This document shows, one piece after another, positions 1 to 8,282 of a stretch of DNA of 64,000 bases (position 1 is the first letter of the stretch; each line of letters opens with the position of its first letter). Under the pieces are notes generated by a model. The model saw only the letters and a list, made by a program, of their open reading frames with translations. It ran no database searches and was not told where the DNA came from. The stretch is from Candidatus Omnitrophota bacterium. GTDB taxonomy: Bacteria > Omnitrophota > Gorgyraeia > Zapsychrales > Zapsychraceae. The stretch lies in the NCBI GenBank assembly GCA_003528115.1, contig DOGZ01000014.1, positions 166,081 to 230,080 on the forward strand, given 5' to 3'. The position numbers were made by a program, and so were the translations under genes.

Positions 1-453
1 ATCATGATGCTGACCGCCAAGGGGGAAGAGGTGGACCGCATTGTGGGTTTTGAATTAGGGGCCGATGATTATATGGTCAAGCCTTTTAGCCCGCGCGAAT
101 TGCTTTTAAGAGTTAAGGCTATTTTAAGACGGGGAGAAACGCGGGAAGCGGCGGCGGAAGTTTTAAAGGTTGGACACCTGAGCATTGACATCCCTTGCCA
201 CAAAGTGCTGGTGAACCAGAAAGAAATTCATTTGACGGCCAAAGAGTATAAACTTTTGCTCGTGCTGGTCCAGCGCAAAGGGCGTCTGCAGTCCCGGGAA
301 CGTCTGCTGGAAGATGTGTGGGATGTTACGGCGGATGTCACAACACGGACCGTGGATACCCATGTCAAGCGTCTGAGGCAAAAACTGGGACGGGAAGGCC
401 GGTTGATTGAAACTGTCCGGGGGATGGGGTACCGGTTTTATGACGAGGAATAA
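1..453 (+). CDS. phoB: OmpR/PhoB-family response regulator, C-terminal part (5' end cut by window edge); winged-helix DNA-binding domain
   Basis: The translation MMLTAKGEEVDRIVGFELGADDYMVKPFSPRELLLRVKAILRR matches the end of the receiver domain plus the OmpR-type winged-helix domain. It sits directly upstream of a PhoR-like kinase and pstB-phoU. Confidence 0.8.
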   Translation: MMMLTAKGEEVDRIVGFELGADDYMVKPFSPRELLLRVKAILRRGETREAAAEVLKVGHLSIDIPCHKVLVNQKEIHLTAKEYKLLLVLVQRKGRLQSRERLLEDVWDVTADVTTRTVDTHVKRLRQKLGREGRLIETVRGMGYRFYDEE

Positions 454-455
454 AG

Positions 456-2228
456 TTGCCGGTTAAAATCCAATACAAATTAACTTTTCTGATCGCCGCG
501 ATTGCTGTGGTTGTTTTCTCGGGGCTATATTTTTATCTTAACCGGAGCCTTCAAGAGCATTCCTTCCAGCGTATTAGAAATACGTTGATCAAGGAAGTCC
601 AACTTTCCAAGTCTTACATGGAAAGCCAATTGGACGCTTTTTTTTCTCCAAATAAAATCGATGACATCGCGGATCAAATCAGTCAGGATTTGGGGGCGCG
701 GGTTACTATTATCGATCTGGAAGGCCGTGTCCTGGGAGATTCAGAAATAGAGGACCAACGGTTGGCTGAGATGGAGAATCATCTTTATCGTCCGGAGATT
801 CAGCAAGCCATTAAAGGGAGACGGGGGGAGAGCCTCCGGTTCAGTACTACGGTTCAACACGAAATGTTCTATATGGCGTCGGTATTCGGAAGAGCGCAGG
901 ATCAGGGTTTTGTGCGGCTGGCTATTCCCTTATCTGAGATTGAGGCCGCGTCCCGTCAAGTGAAGAGGCAATTGATTATTTCCTTGTCGGCGGCTTTTTT
1001 GGTGGTGGTTTTAGTTGGATACGGGGCATCTGTTTTTATTTCCAGGCCGATAAGGCAAGTCTCGGCCATGGCCGTCGGCCTCGCGCAAGGAAATCCTATC
1101 CCGAGGGTTTGGCCCTCAACGCGTGATGAGGTCGGTGAATTAGCCAAAGCGATTCATGCTCTGTACGGACAGATTAAGGTCCGTGGCGACGAAGTAACGG
1201 CCAATGCCTCGCGGTTTGAGGCCATCCTGCTCAGTATGTTTGAGGGCGTGATGGTCATTGATCAGCACGGGCGGATTCTCCTTATGAATGAGACATTAAA
1301 AAGATTATGGCAGGTCGGAGAAAATCCTGTGGGCCGTAAACCGTTGGAGGTGGTCCGAAATATAGAAATTCAGGAAATTGCCGATAAAGTCATTCAACAT
1401 AAAAGCGTCGTTGAATCCAGGGAATTGATCCTTTTGTCGCCGGAGGATAAAATTTTACAGATACATGCCGCCCCCGTTATCCGAGAAGACGAAGTGGATG
1501 GGGCCGTGCTTGTCTTTCATGACATTACAGAGTTGCGACGGTTGGAGAATGTGCGACGGGATTTTATCGCGAATGTGTCTCATGAACTCCGGACACCTCT
1601 GACAAGTATCCAGGGATACGCCGAGACACTGCTGGAAGGGGCGATGGAGGACAAGAAACACGCGCATGATTTCTTAAAAATTATTTACGCGGACGCGCAA
1701 CGCCTGGCGCAGTTGGTCGATGATTTATTGGAATTGTCGAAAATCGAGTCGGGAAAATGGACGCTTCGACTCCAATCCTTTGAGCTTTATCCTTTCGTTG
1801 AAAGAATAGTGAAAGGATTTCAAAAACAGGCCCGTGACCAGGGTATCCGTATTTATAACAATATTCCGACGGACTTCCCTTCCGTTCAGGTGGATGAGCA
1901 GGGATTAATTCAGGTCTTGCTGAATCTTCTGGATAATGCGGTTAAATATAATAGAAAAGGCGGTTCGGTCACACTTACCGCCCGGGAGTGTCCTACTGGA
2001 ATCATGGTCGAGGTCTCGGACACCGGTATCGGGATCCCCGTGGAAGACTGCCCGCGGATCTTTGAGCGTTTTTACCGTGTGGACAAAGCCCGCGCCCGCG
2101 ATTTGGGGGGGACCGGTTTGGGTTTAGCCATTGCCAAACACATTATCCAGGCCCATCATGGGGAGATGAGCGTGCAGAGTCAGTTGAACGTGGGCACCAC
2201 CTTTACTTTCACCCTCCCAAGGGCTTAA
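456..2228 (+). CDS. phoR: Sensor histidine kinase, PhoR-like (two TM helices flanking a ~150 aa periplasmic domain, PAS, HisKA, HATPase_c); TTG start
   Basis: The H-box SHELRTPLTSIQGYAE is present. The N, G1 and G2 boxes are LLDNAVKYN, DTGIGIP and GGTGLGLAI. Hydrophobic helices lie at aa 10-30 and 170-195. A PAS-like segment reads FEAILLSMFEGVMVIDQHGRIL. Confidence 0.8.
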   Translation: MPVKIQYKLTFLIAAIAVVVFSGLYFYLNRSLQEHSFQRIRNTLIKEVQLSKSYMESQLDAFFSPNKIDDIADQISQDLGARVTIIDLEGRVLGDSEIEDQRLAEMENHLYRPEIQQAIKGRRGESLRFSTTVQHEMFYMASVFGRAQDQGFVRLAIPLSEIEAASRQVKRQLIISLSAAFLVVVLVGYGASVFISRPIRQVSAMAVGLAQGNPIPRVWPSTRDEVGELAKAIHALYGQIKVRGDEVTANASRFEAILLSMFEGVMVIDQHGRILLMNETLKRLWQVGENPVGRKPLEVVRNIEIQEIADKVIQHKSVVESRELILLSPEDKILQIHAAPVIREDEVDGAVLVFHDITELRRLENVRRDFIANVSHELRTPLTSIQGYAETLLEGAMEDKKHAHDFLKIIYADAQRLAQLVDDLLELSKIESGKWTLRLQSFELYPFVERIVKGFQKQARDQGIRIYNNIPTDFPSVQVDEQGLIQVLLNLLDNAVKYNRKGGSVTLTARECPTGIMVEVSDTGIGIPVEDCPRIFERFYRVDKARARDLGGTGLGLAIAKHIIQAHHGEMSVQSQLNVGTTFTFTLPRA

Positions 2229-2279
2229 TCCCTCCCCCCAAAAAAAAGAAATCGTTTAAGAACACCTTATCTTCTTTTC

Positions 2280-2297
2280 TTTCACACAGATTTCACA
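2280..2297 (+). promoter_or_regulatory. Pho-box-like direct repeat TTTCACA-N4-TTTCACA (11-bp phasing), with a third TTCACTT half-site about two helical turns downstream at 2313
   Basis: Exact 7-nt direct repeats occur at 2280-2286 and 2291-2297 with a 4-nt spacer. They lie about 65 nt upstream of the SD-ATG of a small ORF and immediately downstream of phoB-phoR. PhoB/PhoP-type regulators bind 7-bp direct repeats with 11-bp periodicity. Confidence 0.3.
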
Positions 2298-2361
2298 TTC
2301 CAGCCATCCGCCGTTCACTTACTTGATTTATATTTTATGTAAAAAATGAAAGGAGGTGGAT

Positions 2362-2565
2362 ATGTTGGATATGTTTGAGGTCAAACCACAGATGATTCAT
2401 ATTGAATTCATCCAGAGTTGGCTAAGATCAGAAATCGATCGGTTAAATAAAATTTTGACTACGATCGATCATAGCCGGGATTACCGTGATAGTTATATCC
2501 GGGAATCGCTAAGGTCATCCGAAATGGCTTTACGGGGAATGAGAAAATTCATTCACGAGAATTAA
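2362..2565 (+). CDS. Small hypothetical protein (~67 aa, predicted helical, no recognisable domain)
   Basis: An AGGAGGTG Shine-Dalgarno at 2351-2358 sits 5 nt before ATG 2362. The ORF track begins at the in-frame GTG 2356 inside the SD. It is isolated in a 650-nt gap between phoR and pstB. Confidence 0.45.
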   Translation: MLDMFEVKPQMIHIEFIQSWLRSEIDRLNKILTTIDHSRDYRDSYIRESLRSSEMALRGMRKFIHEN

Positions 2566-2919
2566 TCATTTTCCGGGAATCCTATTTTGAGGGATGGAGA
2601 TGGCTTTGTGGCTGTCTTCATCGTATTCTTTCGCAGGGGGGAATTATTCGCAGCCTTCGCGCAATCGCCACACAATCGAGATCAATGAGCATTAAATTTT
2701 CTTTAAGAGAACCGATGAAGAAATAGTTTTACAGCGGTCATAATTTCAGATATTGTGTTGCATAAAAAAGAGAATGTTTTATTTTTAAAAAAATAATCAG
2801 TTTTTCCAACTTGATATTTTTCGCATCATTAATCAAAAAGAGATTGGTATTGTCTGAGAATGCGGTGACGGCCCAAGAAGAAATTCTTGAAAGAAAACCT
2901 TGGGGAGAATGTGAAATTT

Positions 2920-3699
2920 ATGCTAACGATGGAGAAAGAAGTTCGTAAAGTCAAGGCCGATGTGAGCGCGTTAAGTTTTTATTACGATAAAACCTTAGCC
3001 TTGAAGAGCATTTCCATGCCTGTCCATGAAAACTCCGTGATCGGGATCATCGGGCCGTCGGGCTGCGGTAAGTCCACGTTTTTGCGGTGTTTCAACCGCA
3101 TGAATGATATTTTGCCCCGGGTGCGGTATGAGGGCAGCATTACTATTGACGGGAAGAACATATTGGACAGGAATTTAGATGTGGTGGATCTCAGGCGGGA
3201 TGTGGGGATGGTCTTTCAAAAGTCTAATCCTTTTCCAAAATCTATTTTCGAGAATGTGTCGTACGGCCTTAAGATTAACGGCATTAAAGATAAAGCTTTC
3301 ATTGCCGATAAAGTGGAACAAAGTCTGAAAGGCGCGGCCTTGTGGGACGAGGTTAAAGACCGCCTTCCTCAGAGCGCCTTTACCCTCTCCGGCGGCCAGC
3401 AACAGCGCTTATGCATTGCCCGGGCCTTGGCGATTGAACCCCAGATCCTTTTGTTGGATGAACCGGCCTCCGCCTTAGACCCTATCGCCACGGCCAAGAT
3501 TGAAGAGCTGATTCATGAATTGAAAAAAAAATATACGATCATCATTGTCACGCACAATATGCAGCAGGCGGCCCGGGTTTCCGACTATACGGCTTTTTTT
3601 ATGATGGGCGAGTTGGTAGAATATGACGCAACCGTAAAAATATTTACAAATCCTTCGAAGAAGATCACCGAGGATTATGTCACGGGGAGGTTTGGTTAA
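2920..3699 (+). CDS. pstB: Phosphate ABC transporter ATP-binding protein PstB
   Basis: Walker [20 protein letters not shown], signature [15 protein letters not shown] and Walker [12 protein letters not shown] are present, with PstB-typical ends. The ORF opens at TTG 2887; ATG 2920 is preceded by GGGGAG. Confidence 0.85.
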   Translation: MLTMEKEVRKVKADVSALSFYYDKTLALKSISMPVHENSVIGIIGPSGCGKSTFLRCFNRMNDILPRVRYEGSITIDGKNILDRNLDVVDLRRDVGMVFQKSNPFPKSIFENVSYGLKINGIKDKAFIADKVEQSLKGAALWDEVKDRLPQSAFTLSGGQQQRLCIARALAIEPQILLLDEPASALDPIATAKIEELIHELKKKYTIIIVTHNMQQAARVSDYTAFFMMGELVEYDATVKIFTNPSKKITEDYVTGRFG

Positions 3700-3703
3700 T
3701 TAT

Positions 3704-4372
3704 ATGAAAAGACATTTAGACGAAGAGCTCAAGAAATTAAATATGAATTTGTTGACTATGGCGACCCTGGTTGAGGAGGCGATTCATCAGTCCGTCGAAG
3801 CGTTGAAAAAACAGGATAAGGATTTGGCCGGGAAGGTCATTGACGGAGATCAGCAGATTGATGAATGGGAGATCAGAATCGAGGAGGAGATCATCGATCT
3901 TTTGGTGTTATTTCAGCCCATGGCGGGGGATTTACGGTTCATCACAACCGGCATGCACATTAACGCCGAATTAGAGCGGATCGCGGATTTAACGGTCAAT
4001 ATTGCTCAAAGGGTGCTGGATATCGCGGACCAGCCCTTGTTGAAACCGTTGCAGGATATCCAAAAGTTGGCTGAGCAGGCTAAATGGATGCTTAAGAAAA
4101 CAATAGATGCTTTTGTCAAACGGGACGGGGAGATTGCCAAGACCGTCATTTTTGCCGATAAAACCTCCAATCAATTAAGAACCATGATTATAAAAGAATT
4201 GGTGGAAGATTTTATGGTGAAAGACGGAACCACGGCCCCGCGGGCTGTCCCCCTGCTGTTGGTGGCCAGAGACTTAGAGAGAATCTGTGATCATGCCGTT
4301 TCCATTGCCGAAGATACCATTTATATGGTGGAGGCCAAAATGGTCAAACATCATCCGGAGAGGATAAAATAG
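3704..4372 (+). CDS. phoU: Phosphate transport system regulator PhoU
   Basis: The two PhoU repeats align with the family (…DEWEIRIEEEIIDLLVLFQPMAGDLRFITTGMHINAELERIADL…). GGGGAGG lies 13 nt upstream of ATG 3704, 4 nt after the pstB stop. Confidence 0.85.
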   Translation: MKRHLDEELKKLNMNLLTMATLVEEAIHQSVEALKKQDKDLAGKVIDGDQQIDEWEIRIEEEIIDLLVLFQPMAGDLRFITTGMHINAELERIADLTVNIAQRVLDIADQPLLKPLQDIQKLAEQAKWMLKKTIDAFVKRDGEIAKTVIFADKTSNQLRTMIIKELVEDFMVKDGTTAPRAVPLLLVARDLERICDHAVSIAEDTIYMVEAKMVKHHPERIK

Positions 4373-4632
4373 AACAAGCTTTTTATTGATCTTCGACCAG
4401 ATTTCCCTATCGAGATCCTCCCGCGTTTTTATCCATTCTCACCGCAGAAGTCCGCATTATAGAAACATTCCAACCTTTCCTGAAAATGGCATCATCCATG
4501 ATGAAGGACACATCTGTTTTTTAAGCCCTGTAGAATATCAAGGGCTAAATTGACAGGCAGGTATTCATAGAGTAGACTTTACACCAGGTGTGCAGACAGG
4601 CAGCCATAGAAAGATGAGCCGTTGGTGTTGGG

Positions 4633-6285
4633 GTGCTAAAAACCATGGAAAATAAGAATTATAGACTTGGAGATGTGTTAATTGAGCAAGGCTTGATCAC
4701 CGACGATCATCTTTTTGAAGCCTTGCAAATTCAAAAGAAAGACAACCGGAAACTGGGGGATATCATCGTCGCTGAAGGTTGGGTCGATGCCGGAACGGTA
4801 GCCAGGGTTTTGGCGGAGACGAACCACTTGCCGTTTGTGGATTTGACGCGTGTGTCTATCGAGGAAAACCTCTTTGGTCTCATTCCCTATGAAGTCCTCC
4901 GGAAGCACAAAATTCTTCCCATTAAACTGGAAGACGGTTGTTTGACGGTGGCGACCAACGATCCTCTGGATGTGCAGGCCCTTCAAGAGGCGCAATATCT
5001 CAGTGGGTGTCAGGTCAAACCGGTTGTGGCGGTACTCAAGGATATTTTGGCTCACATTGATAATTTTCTCGAAACCCTTCACACGATTCGGGCCAGCAAG
5101 AAGCGCGATGAAACAGATCCCGAGGATATTCCCATCATCAAGCTCGTCGAATCGATTATCAGTAAAGCGATTAAAGAGCGGGCGTCGGATATCCATTTTG
5201 AACCTCTAAAAAACAAGGTGCGTGTCCGTTTCAGGATCGACGGCGTTCTTTATGAAAAGATGCCGATTGCCAAGGAATTAGAACGCAAGGTTATTTCCAG
5301 GATTAAGATTATTTCCGGCATGGACGTGTCTGATTCAAGACGGCCTCAAGACGGCCGGCTTTCTCCGGATAAGTTTAGTGAGTATGATATCAGGGTTTCA
5401 AGCCTGCCGGACATAATGGGAGAGAATCTGGTTTTACGTATTTTGAATAAGTCCTTTACAAATTTTTCTTTATCCAATTTGGGAATGGATGACCATGAAC
5501 AAGCTGTTATCAGCGGACTTATCGCGCAACCTTACGGGATGGTCCTGGTCACAGGGCCGACAGGGGCCGGGAAGACGACGACGCTTTATTCCATTCTTAA
5601 CGGCTTAAATCAAATAGCCAACAATATCATCACGGTTGAGGATCCGGTTGAATATCAGATGGAGGGAATCAATCAAACCGCGATCAATACCCGGGCCGGT
5701 TATACCTTCGCCACCGCGATCCGGCACATCCTGCGGCATGATCCGGATATTATCATGGTCGGTGAGATCAGGGATTCAGAAACGGCCGAGATCGCTATCC
5801 GGGCCGCTTTAACGGGGCATCTTGTTTTTTCCACGCTTCATACGAATTCCGCCGCGGGGGCTGTGATGCGTCTCTTGGACATGAACATTGAACCATTTCT
5901 CATTCAATCCGCGGTGATCGGTGTTATTGCCCAGCGTTTGGTCAGACGGTTATGTCTTCACTGCCGAACAGAATATTCCCCCTCACCTGAAGTCCGGGCC
6001 ACCCTCAGCAAAGTGATGGAAATACCCAAGGACATCCTTTTAGCCTCGCCGGGCGGATGTGAAGACTGCCTGAAGACGGGTTTTTTAGGACGGGCGGGAA
6101 TATTTGAGACCTTGGTGATTAATGAAGGGGTTAGAAAGTTGATTCTAAAGTCGCCGAGCGAAGAGACGTTGAGTCAATACGCGGTATCCAAGGGAATGAA
6201 GACTTTAAGAATGGCCGGCTGTGTCAAGGCCCTTGAGAAGATAACCTCTCTGGAAGAGATCCTGAGTATAACTTTTAGCGAATAG
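4633..6285 (+). CDS. pilB: Type IV pilus assembly ATPase PilB/GspE family (T2SSE_N domain + AAA core + tetracysteine Zn motif)
   Basis: Walker A is GPTGAGKTT. An N-terminal GspE_N-like domain is present. The Cys motif is CLHC…CEDC. It is followed by a platform protein and a pilin. The start is GTG 4633; ATG 4645 is an alternative. Confidence 0.85.
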   Translation: MLKTMENKNYRLGDVLIEQGLITDDHLFEALQIQKKDNRKLGDIIVAEGWVDAGTVARVLAETNHLPFVDLTRVSIEENLFGLIPYEVLRKHKILPIKLEDGCLTVATNDPLDVQALQEAQYLSGCQVKPVVAVLKDILAHIDNFLETLHTIRASKKRDETDPEDIPIIKLVESIISKAIKERASDIHFEPLKNKVRVRFRIDGVLYEKMPIAKELERKVISRIKIISGMDVSDSRRPQDGRLSPDKFSEYDIRVSSLPDIMGENLVLRILNKSFTNFSLSNLGMDDHEQAVISGLIAQPYGMVLVTGPTGAGKTTTLYSILNGLNQIANNIITVEDPVEYQMEGINQTAINTRAGYTFATAIRHILRHDPDIIMVGEIRDSETAEIAIRAALTGHLVFSTLHTNSAAGAVMRLLDMNIEPFLIQSAVIGVIAQRLVRRLCLHCRTEYSPSPEVRATLSKVMEIPKDILLASPGGCEDCLKTGFLGRAGIFETLVINEGVRKLILKSPSEETLSQYAVSKGMKTLRMAGCVKALEKITSLEEILSITFSE

Positions 6286-6286
6286 G

Positions 6287-7498
6287 ATGTCTATGCAATA
6301 TTTTATGTATAAAGTTAAAGACGACGCGGGGCGCACGCTGTATGGTTTGATCGAAGGCCAGACGAAAGACGATATTAAGAAAAGGTTGCGAAGGCCCAAT
6401 TTGTTTTTTATTTCCGCCCGTCCGTATCATCTGCAAAAACTTTTTAAGAGCCGCGTTAAATTCCAGACACTGATTATGTTTACGAACCGCCTTTCCTCGC
6501 TGATTGAGGCGGGGATCCCCATCCTGTCGGCCATGGACATTTTATGGCGGCAATCGGAAGACCAGACGATCCAGCTCGTGGTCAGTTACATGAAACGTCA
6601 ACTGGAAGAGGGAAATAAAATATCGACGACCATGGAGTATTTCCCGCGGATTTTTCCTGTTGTTTATCGGGCCCTGATCCGTGTGGGGGAGACCAGCGGG
6701 GCCATGACGCCCATTTTAAGGAAGTTGACGGAATTCCTGGAATATAAAGCCAAGATTATCTTAAGGACCAAGAAGGCCACTTTTTATCCGTCGATTGTTG
6801 TGGTTTTTTCTGTATTGGTTATTCTGGGGATGTTCATGTTTGTCGTTCCGACGTTTCAAAAGCTCTTGCTTAAACTGGACGTGGATCTGCCTGTACTGAC
6901 GAAAGTCATTTTAGAGATATCGACAAAGATGAGAACCTGGGGATTTTTTATAACGGTTGTTTTCGGCGGGATGGGATTATACATGACGCTCAATTATCTT
7001 AGGCGAAATCCCCGGGTCGCGGCCAAAATTGACGGCATGGTTTTGAAGATCCCCTATTTTGGGCATATTTTCTTGACGATTTCCTTGAGTCAATATATCC
7101 GATCATTAAGCATTCTTCTTGAGGCGGGCGTTCCGCTCATCGAAAGTCTCACGGTGGCCAACTCAACGACCGGCAATCAGAAAATCGCCCAGGAACTGGA
7201 TGGGATTAAAAACGACGCTGAACAAGGGGTTTCCTTATATGAAGGGTTTAAAAAAATTAAGGACATTCCCGTTATGCTTATTGAAATGATCGGCATCGGG
7301 GAATCCACCGGTATGATGTCACAAATTCTGGAGAAGGTTAACCGGCATTTTGATGAAGAGATTGAATATAATATCGATAGATTTTTGACCATGCTTGAGC
7401 CCTTGTTGATCATCTTCGTTGGCTTTATCGTGATTATTACTTTATTATCTATTTACCTTCCCGTTATCTCTATCTGGGATAGTCTTTCCGGGTATTAA
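6287..7498 (+). CDS. pilC: Type IV pilus/T2SS inner-membrane platform protein PilC/GspF family
   Basis: Two GspF repeats each carry three TM helices. It lies 1 nt after the pilB stop. Confidence 0.85.
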   Translation: MSMQYFMYKVKDDAGRTLYGLIEGQTKDDIKKRLRRPNLFFISARPYHLQKLFKSRVKFQTLIMFTNRLSSLIEAGIPILSAMDILWRQSEDQTIQLVVSYMKRQLEEGNKISTTMEYFPRIFPVVYRALIRVGETSGAMTPILRKLTEFLEYKAKIILRTKKATFYPSIVVVFSVLVILGMFMFVVPTFQKLLLKLDVDLPVLTKVILEISTKMRTWGFFITVVFGGMGLYMTLNYLRRNPRVAAKIDGMVLKIPYFGHIFLTISLSQYIRSLSILLEAGVPLIESLTVANSTTGNQKIAQELDGIKNDAEQGVSLYEGFKKIKDIPVMLIEMIGIGESTGMMSQILEKVNRHFDEEIEYNIDRFLTMLEPLLIIFVGFIVIITLLSIYLPVISIWDSLSGY

Positions 7499-7853
7499 TA
7501 GAGGAATGCCGCCTTCCTTAAATATCAGCGCTCCTTATGAAAGCGCTGTACCTTCCCCTCTGGTTCTTAGTCAGAGGTTTTGTTTCTCCCTCCCCGCGAT
7601 CCTTTTGTGCCAACTTGACAGGTTTTTTTAATCATTTTTTTCTTTAATAAAAAGCCTTGTTTCATAACCAGCGTATTTACAGCAAGTTGTAACAATTCTA
7701 CGTTTTAAGGGAAACGGTTTCCCGGAGTTGCCTTTACCCCCTTGCATTTGCGGGTTGCTGTGTTAGACTTCTGGCAGTAGAGATTGGGTTGAAGAAAAGA
7801 ATAAGAGAAGTTAACAACAATGGCTGAGAAAGCCGACAAACAAGGGGGATGAA

Positions 7854-8249
7854 ATGAAAAAAGGGTTCACATTAGTTGAGTTACTCGTAGTTCTGGTGGT
7901 CATTGGCGTTATTATCGCGTTGATTCTACCCAACGCCATGAAAGCCATCGCCCGCGCGCAGGATAAGGAATGCGCCAGTAATATACGCACGATACAAACA
8001 GCAATGGATCTTTGTTATTCGCAAACAAGGGACTACTCTGCGTGTAACACCATGGGTGAGTTAACAAGTCCCATTACTTCGGGAGGTGTTTCGACTCCAG
8101 CGCCGTTATCTACGACCCCTGTCTGTCCTTTTGGGGTTGGATATGTTATTAGCGGAGGATCGACAGGGGTGTCTCCGACAATAGCCACAGCGACGCATTT
8201 TTCTGTTTGGCCGCCGCGAAACGTTTTGCATGTGGGTAACACTAATTAA
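7854..8249 (+). CDS. pilA: Type IV pilin (class III signal peptide MKKG|FTLVELLVV…, 4 Cys, Ser/Thr/Pro-rich segment)
   Basis: It has a canonical prepilin cleavage and methylation motif with Glu at +5, a hydrophobic alpha1 helix and C-terminal cysteines. A GGGGGA SD is present. Confidence 0.75.
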   Translation: MKKGFTLVELLVVLVVIGVIIALILPNAMKAIARAQDKECASNIRTIQTAMDLCYSQTRDYSACNTMGELTSPITSGGVSTPAPLSTTPVCPFGVGYVISGGSTGVSPTIATATHFSVWPPRNVLHVGNTN

Positions 8250-8282
8250 TTCCAATTCCGTAACAACGGCCAGGGGGGCAAC

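Noticed and set aside
2229-2262. A possible terminator after phoR (AGGG-cttaat-CCCT followed by C and A runs).
   Set aside because: The stem is only 4 bp and is followed by a poly-C/poly-A tract, not a U-tract.
4678-5196. Minus-strand ORFs nested inside plus-strand genes. These include 4678-5196, 15875-16357, 17980-18477, 19054-19542, 31844-32263, 35694-36050, 51546-52145 and 52687-53160, plus many <100-aa ORFs.
   Set aside because: Each lies wholly antisense to a long plus-strand ORF that has clear family motifs and no RBS or domain signal of its own. In a gene-dense, single-strand region they are frame-shadow artefacts.
7700-7760. A possible sigma54 (-24/-12) promoter upstream of the pilin gene (…GGAGTTGCCTTTACCCCCTTGCATTTG…).
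   Set aside because: GG and GC elements are present but the spacing does not fit the TGGCAC-N5-TTGCA consensus. I cannot support it from sequence alone.
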